Source of the DNA: Chthoniobacteraceae bacterium
GTDB lineage: Bacteria; Verrucomicrobiota; Verrucomicrobiia; Chthoniobacterales; Chthoniobacteraceae
Direction of reading: 5' to 3'
Length of the DNA: 64,000 nucleotides
NCBI GenBank assembly: GCA_037190965.1
Contig: JBBCKI010000050.1
Coordinates: forward strand, 1-64,000
The notes under the pieces were generated by a model. It searched no databases, had not been told where the DNA came from, and worked only from the letters and a program-made list of their open reading frames with translations. Numbering within the stretch: the first letter of the stretch is position 1; every line of letters starts with the position of its first letter. Position numbers and translations under genes: made by a program. Below, one piece after another: positions 60,452-64,000 of the stretch.

Positions 60452-61753
60452 GTGAAATCGCCTTTCAGCCTGTTCCTCGCCCTTCGGTATCTTAAACCGA
60501 AGCGGACCTTCGTCAGCGTCATTACGCTCATCTCGATCATCGGCGTGATGCTGGGGATTACGGTTCTGATCCTCGTCATCTCGGTCATGACCGGGTTCGA
60601 CCTTGAACTGCGTAAGAAAGTGCTCGGTTTCGACCCCCATATCCTGGTGAGGACGGTGGACGGCGAGGTGCGCGACTGGCAGGAGCTGATCAAGGCCATC
60701 GACGGGACTCCCGAGGTGGAAGCCTCGGCGCCCTTCGTTCAGGGGCCGGTGATCATCGAATTCAATACGCTCCGGCGCGCCCCGACGATCCGGGGGATCG
60801 ACCCGGAGATGGAACGGAAAGTCACGCACGTCGATCAGTTCATCAAAGGGGCCGACGGCGAACCGATTGCGCTCGATCTTTCAGGGGACTCCACCGTGAT
60901 CGGGGCGGATCTCGCGCGGAGCATTGGCGTCAAGGTAGGCGACAAGGTCACCATCTACTCGCCGGGCAATGTCGGCGAGGTACTCGAAGCCATCAAAAAG
61001 GCCGAGGATGACCCGAAGGAGTTGGAGCACATCAAGACGCTGGTTCTTCCCAAGGAGTTGACGGTGACCGGTCTTTTCGAGAGCGGCCGTTATATCTACG
61101 ATGCCCAGTTTCTCCTCGTTCCCCTGCATATCGCGCAGGAACTCTACAATCTCGACGCGGAGGACACGCTCCACGGCATCTCCGTGAAGACGATCGACGC
61201 CAATCGCGCCGGGCCAATTCGCAACGCCATGCTCGGCAACACCCCGCCGGGAACTATCGCGGAAACGTGGGAGGAGATGAACCGCAGCTTCTTCGACGCC
61301 ATTGCGATGGAGCGCAACGTGATGTTCTTCCTGCTGATGTTCATCATCATTGTCGCGGCCTTCGGAATTATGAACACGCTGATCACCGTGACCGTCCAGA
61401 AAACGCGCGAGATCGGCATCATGAAAGCGTTGGGAGCCTCGACGGGGCAAATCGTCTGGGTGTTTCTCGGACAGGGAATGATCGTCGGGTTCTTCGGCAA
61501 TGCGGCAGGGCTCGCGCTGGGGATGACGCTCATCAAATACCGCAACGAGTTCAAGGACTGGCTGGCGGAACGACTCGGCATCGAGGTCTTCCCGGCGGAT
61601 GTTTACCAGTTCTCCCGGATTCCCGCTGAAGTGGTGCCGCACGACGTGGCGATCATCTGCGTCAGTGCATTTTTCATCTGCTCGCTGGCCGCGTTGATTC
61701 CGGCGTACTTCGCCGCGAGGCTCGATCCGGTCAAGGCGCTACGACAGGAGTAG
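60452..61753 (+). CDS. LolC/E-family lipoprotein-releasing ABC permease
   Basis: ALRYL, VISVMTGF, KTREIGIMKALGA and AARLDPVKALR motifs; GTG start inferred. Confidence 0.9.
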   Translation: MKSPFSLFLALRYLKPKRTFVSVITLISIIGVMLGITVLILVISVMTGFDLELRKKVLGFDPHILVRTVDGEVRDWQELIKAIDGTPEVEASAPFVQGPVIIEFNTLRRAPTIRGIDPEMERKVTHVDQFIKGADGEPIALDLSGDSTVIGADLARSIGVKVGDKVTIYSPGNVGEVLEAIKKAEDDPKELEHIKTLVLPKELTVTGLFESGRYIYDAQFLLVPLHIAQELYNLDAEDTLHGISVKTIDANRAGPIRNAMLGNTPPGTIAETWEEMNRSFFDAIAMERNVMFFLLMFIIIVAAFGIMNTLITVTVQKTREIGIMKALGASTGQIVWVFLGQGMIVGFFGNAAGLALGMTLIKYRNEFKDWLAERLGIEVFPADVYQFSRIPAEVVPHDVAIICVSAFFICSLAALIPAYFAARLDPVKALRQE

Positions 61754-61775
61754 GGCAGCGGCCCGATTCCTTTCA

Positions 61776-62477
61776 GTGCCCCAGCTTCACCCTCAACCCT
61801 CCACCCGCATTTTCCTGGTTCGCCACGGAACCACGGTGCTTTCGGCGGAAGATCGTTTTGCAGGGGCAACCGACGTGATGCTCTCCGAGGAAGGCCGCGA
61901 ACAGACGCGCCGACTGGCCGAGCGGCTTAAAAGCGTTCCCATCGCGGCGGTCTATGCCTCGCCGCTTACGCGCACCATGGAAACGGCCTCCATTCTCGCC
62001 GCCCCCCATGGCATGGAAGTGCAACCCCGCGACGGCCTGCGCGAGATTTCCCACGGGCATTGGGAACGCCTCACCCGGCGGGAAGTCGACAAACTTTACC
62101 CTGCGGAGGCGGCGGCCTGGGAGGAAGACCCCTACACCTACGCGCCACCGGAGGGCGAAAGCGGACTTGCCGTCACAGCGCGTTCGCTGCCGGTGTTGAT
62201 TGAAATCGTGCGAAGCCACCCCGGCGGGCAGGTTTTGGTCGTTTCGCACAAGGCCACCATCCGCCTGCTGCTCAGTTCCCTGCTCGGGTTCGATCCGCGC
62301 CGCTACCGCGATCACCTCGACCAAAGCCCCGCCGCGTTAAACGTCGTCGATTTCAAAGACACCGTGCATGCCCGGCTCACCCTCTTCAACGACACCTCGC
62401 ACTACGAAGCCGCGATCCCCGGTGCTCCAAAGGCGCGTCTCTCCCGGTGGTGGGATGAGGGTGCTGGCGAAGGCTAG
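61776..62477 (+). CDS. Histidine phosphatase family protein
   Basis: LVRHG, SPLTR, GES, VSH and FNDTSH motifs. Confidence 0.9.
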   Translation: MPQLHPQPSTRIFLVRHGTTVLSAEDRFAGATDVMLSEEGREQTRRLAERLKSVPIAAVYASPLTRTMETASILAAPHGMEVQPRDGLREISHGHWERLTRREVDKLYPAEAAAWEEDPYTYAPPEGESGLAVTARSLPVLIEIVRSHPGGQVLVVSHKATIRLLLSSLLGFDPRRYRDHLDQSPAALNVVDFKDTVHARLTLFNDTSHYEAAIPGAPKARLSRWWDEGAGEG

Positions 62478-62506
62478 GTGATGGGAAGGGATGAGCTGCC
62501 GCAGGA
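62478..62506. repeat. Left-arm fragment of MITE family A
   Basis: 24/29 identical to 41583-41611. Confidence 0.6.
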
Positions 62507-62525
62507 GAGCCTTCAGTGGAAGACT

Positions 62526-62673
62526 GGTAGCCCGCTCGCGCCGTCGAGCGCGGGATGGGTGAAGGAGTCGCGTTTGACGCCCATCCCCGCAAGACGGGCT
62601 GCTAGTATGGGGATGCGCCCTTCATGAAGCCACGGGAGCCGATACCCGCGCTCGACGGCGCGAGCGGGCTACC
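62526..62673. repeat. REPIN
   Basis: Perfect inverted 29-bp REPs GGTAGCCCGCTCGCGCCGTCGAGCGCGGG. Confidence 0.93.
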
Positions 62674-62726
62674 GGTGCGGCCGCACCGGCTTCCACATCG
62701 AGCGGTTGGCTTTAGGCTAATTTAGG

Positions 62727-63671
62727 CTAAGGCAGCGTCGCTCTTAGCAGGGTGGTTCCCGGCTTGGTCGGAACGAGCATGCGATCCTCAAGGTTGGCGG
62801 GAACGAGGAAAAAAAAGCCGGGTCCAAACTCGCGGCCTCCGCATTGAAGCGCTCCGGTGAGCGGCGTGACGATGGCGAATTCTCCTGCGGGAACCGCTTC
62901 CTTGGGGGTTTCCAGAGCCCAGTGTTCGAGGCGGAAATACTCGCATCCGACGAGGGGATCGCTCCCTGAAGGCTGGAACTGCGGAGCGAAATCGTCGAAA
63001 TCGATCGATTTCATCGACTCCTCGATATGGAGATCGCGCGGCTTGCCGTCGAGGCCGGTGCGGTTCCAGTCGAACACGCGATAGGTGGTGTCGCTGTTCT
63101 GCTGCACCTCCACGATGACATTGCCCGCGCCGATGGCGTGGACCCGTCCGCTGGGGATGAAAATACAATCCCCCGTGCGGGTGGGCATGCGGTGGAGGAG
63201 ATTCGCGACATTCCCTTCCGCGAGGGCGTGCGCAAATTCCAAGCGGGTGGTTCCGGGGCGCAGCCCGGCAAAAATATCGGCCTCGGATTCCGCCCAGGCG
63301 ACATACCACATCTCCGTTTTCGGCTCGCCCTTCAGCGCTGGAGCCACCGCTGCCGGCGGGTGGACCTGCACGGAGAGGCGTTCTTCGGCATCGAGCAGTT
63401 TTACCAACAGCGGGAACCGGGAACCCAGCGCGGCGTGACGGCTCCCGAAGAGAACGGTCCGGTAATCGTTCCAAAGCTCATTGAGCGTCTTCCCCCGGAG
63501 CGGCCCGGTATGAACGACGCTTTGAGCTTCCTCGCGGTCCACCAACTCCCAGGATTCGCCAATTCGTACTCCCACGGGAAGTTTCTTCCCAAAAAGCATC
63601 TCCAGGCGGCGGCCGCCCCAGACGCGCTCCATAAACAAGGGTTCGAAAACAATCGGTTCAGTAAGTTTCAT
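62727..63671 (-). CDS. manA: Type I phosphomannose isomerase
   Basis: VWGG, GESWE, LSVQVHP, KTEMWY, HAIG and EVQQNSDTTYRVFDW motifs. Confidence 0.9.
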   Translation of the reverse strand: MKLTEPIVFEPLFMERVWGGRRLEMLFGKKLPVGVRIGESWELVDREEAQSVVHTGPLRGKTLNELWNDYRTVLFGSRHAALGSRFPLLVKLLDAEERLSVQVHPPAAVAPALKGEPKTEMWYVAWAESEADIFAGLRPGTTRLEFAHALAEGNVANLLHRMPTRTGDCIFIPSGRVHAIGAGNVIVEVQQNSDTTYRVFDWNRTGLDGKPRDLHIEESMKSIDFDDFAPQFQPSGSDPLVGCEYFRLEHWALETPKEAVPAGEFAIVTPLTGALQCGGREFGPGFFFLVPANLEDRMLVPTKPGTTLLRATLP

Positions 63672-63795
63672 CGCCAGCCGTAATCTACGGGAAAAAAGGG
63701 CCACGGCGCAAGCGATCGGTGCGGGCACAAAGCCCTGTGGCGCAAAGCGATTCTGCAATCTTGAAAGCTGAGGGGCGGCGGCTACACTCCCCCGA

Positions 63796-64000
63796 ATGCC
63801 TCGCGCTTCCGAAAGTCGCCTATTCCACGAAGTCACCGGCCTGATCTTACTCGGGCTGGGGACTTTGCTATTTTTGGCGCTGATTTCCTACGAGGCCAGG
63901 GATGTCCCGAGTTGGTTTCCCCTGGCCTATGGTACGGCAACGAATGCCACGGTTCATAACTTTGCCGGACAGGTGGGCGCCATCATCGCCTGTCTTTTCT
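63796..64000 (+). CDS. ftsK: Probable FtsK DNA translocase, N-terminal 4TM region (partial)
   Basis: MPRASESRLFHEVTGLILLGLGTLLFLALISY...DVPSW...NFAGQVGA; runs off the window end; absent from the ORF track. Confidence 0.7.
   Translation, partial: MPRASESRLFHEVTGLILLGLGTLLFLALISYEARDVPSWFPLAYGTATNATVHNFAGQVGAIIACLF

Overview
Bacterial window, almost certainly from a verrucomicrobium of the Chthoniobacter/Spartobacteria type, judging by a Verru_Chthon cassette, a PEP-CTERM protein and nusA without rimP. It has two parts. (1) About 1-21 kb is an accessory, visibly more AT-rich block ending at the 3' end of tRNA-Gly(TCC). It holds a four-gene prepilin-like Verru_Chthon cassette (order C-B-D-A) among two secreted DUF4838-type proteins, a PEP-CTERM surface protein, a Gfo/Idh/MocA oxidoreductase, two probable carbohydrate-active proteins and a frameshifted XRE regulator. 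This is a candidate pilus-tip-based glycan utilisation locus and the most interesting system here. (2) About 21-64 kb is mostly core genome: hpnI/hpnK-like genes, UvrD, RNase P RNA, birA, nadC, pfkA, polX, sigma54-driven amtB-PII, lysA, nusA-infB-rbfA-nrnA-truB-ribF, ilvB, scpAB, pheA, tRNA-Leu, lolC/E, manA and the start of ftsK. Non-coding features include a RAYT transposase with GTAG-type REPs and four ~146-bp REPINs, two unrelated MITE-like families, a conserved ~40-45 bp upstream motif shared by three unrelated genes, and many apparently leaderless promoters. All protein calls come from motif recognition by eye; no database searches were run. Several start codons are moved downstream of the ORF-track start.
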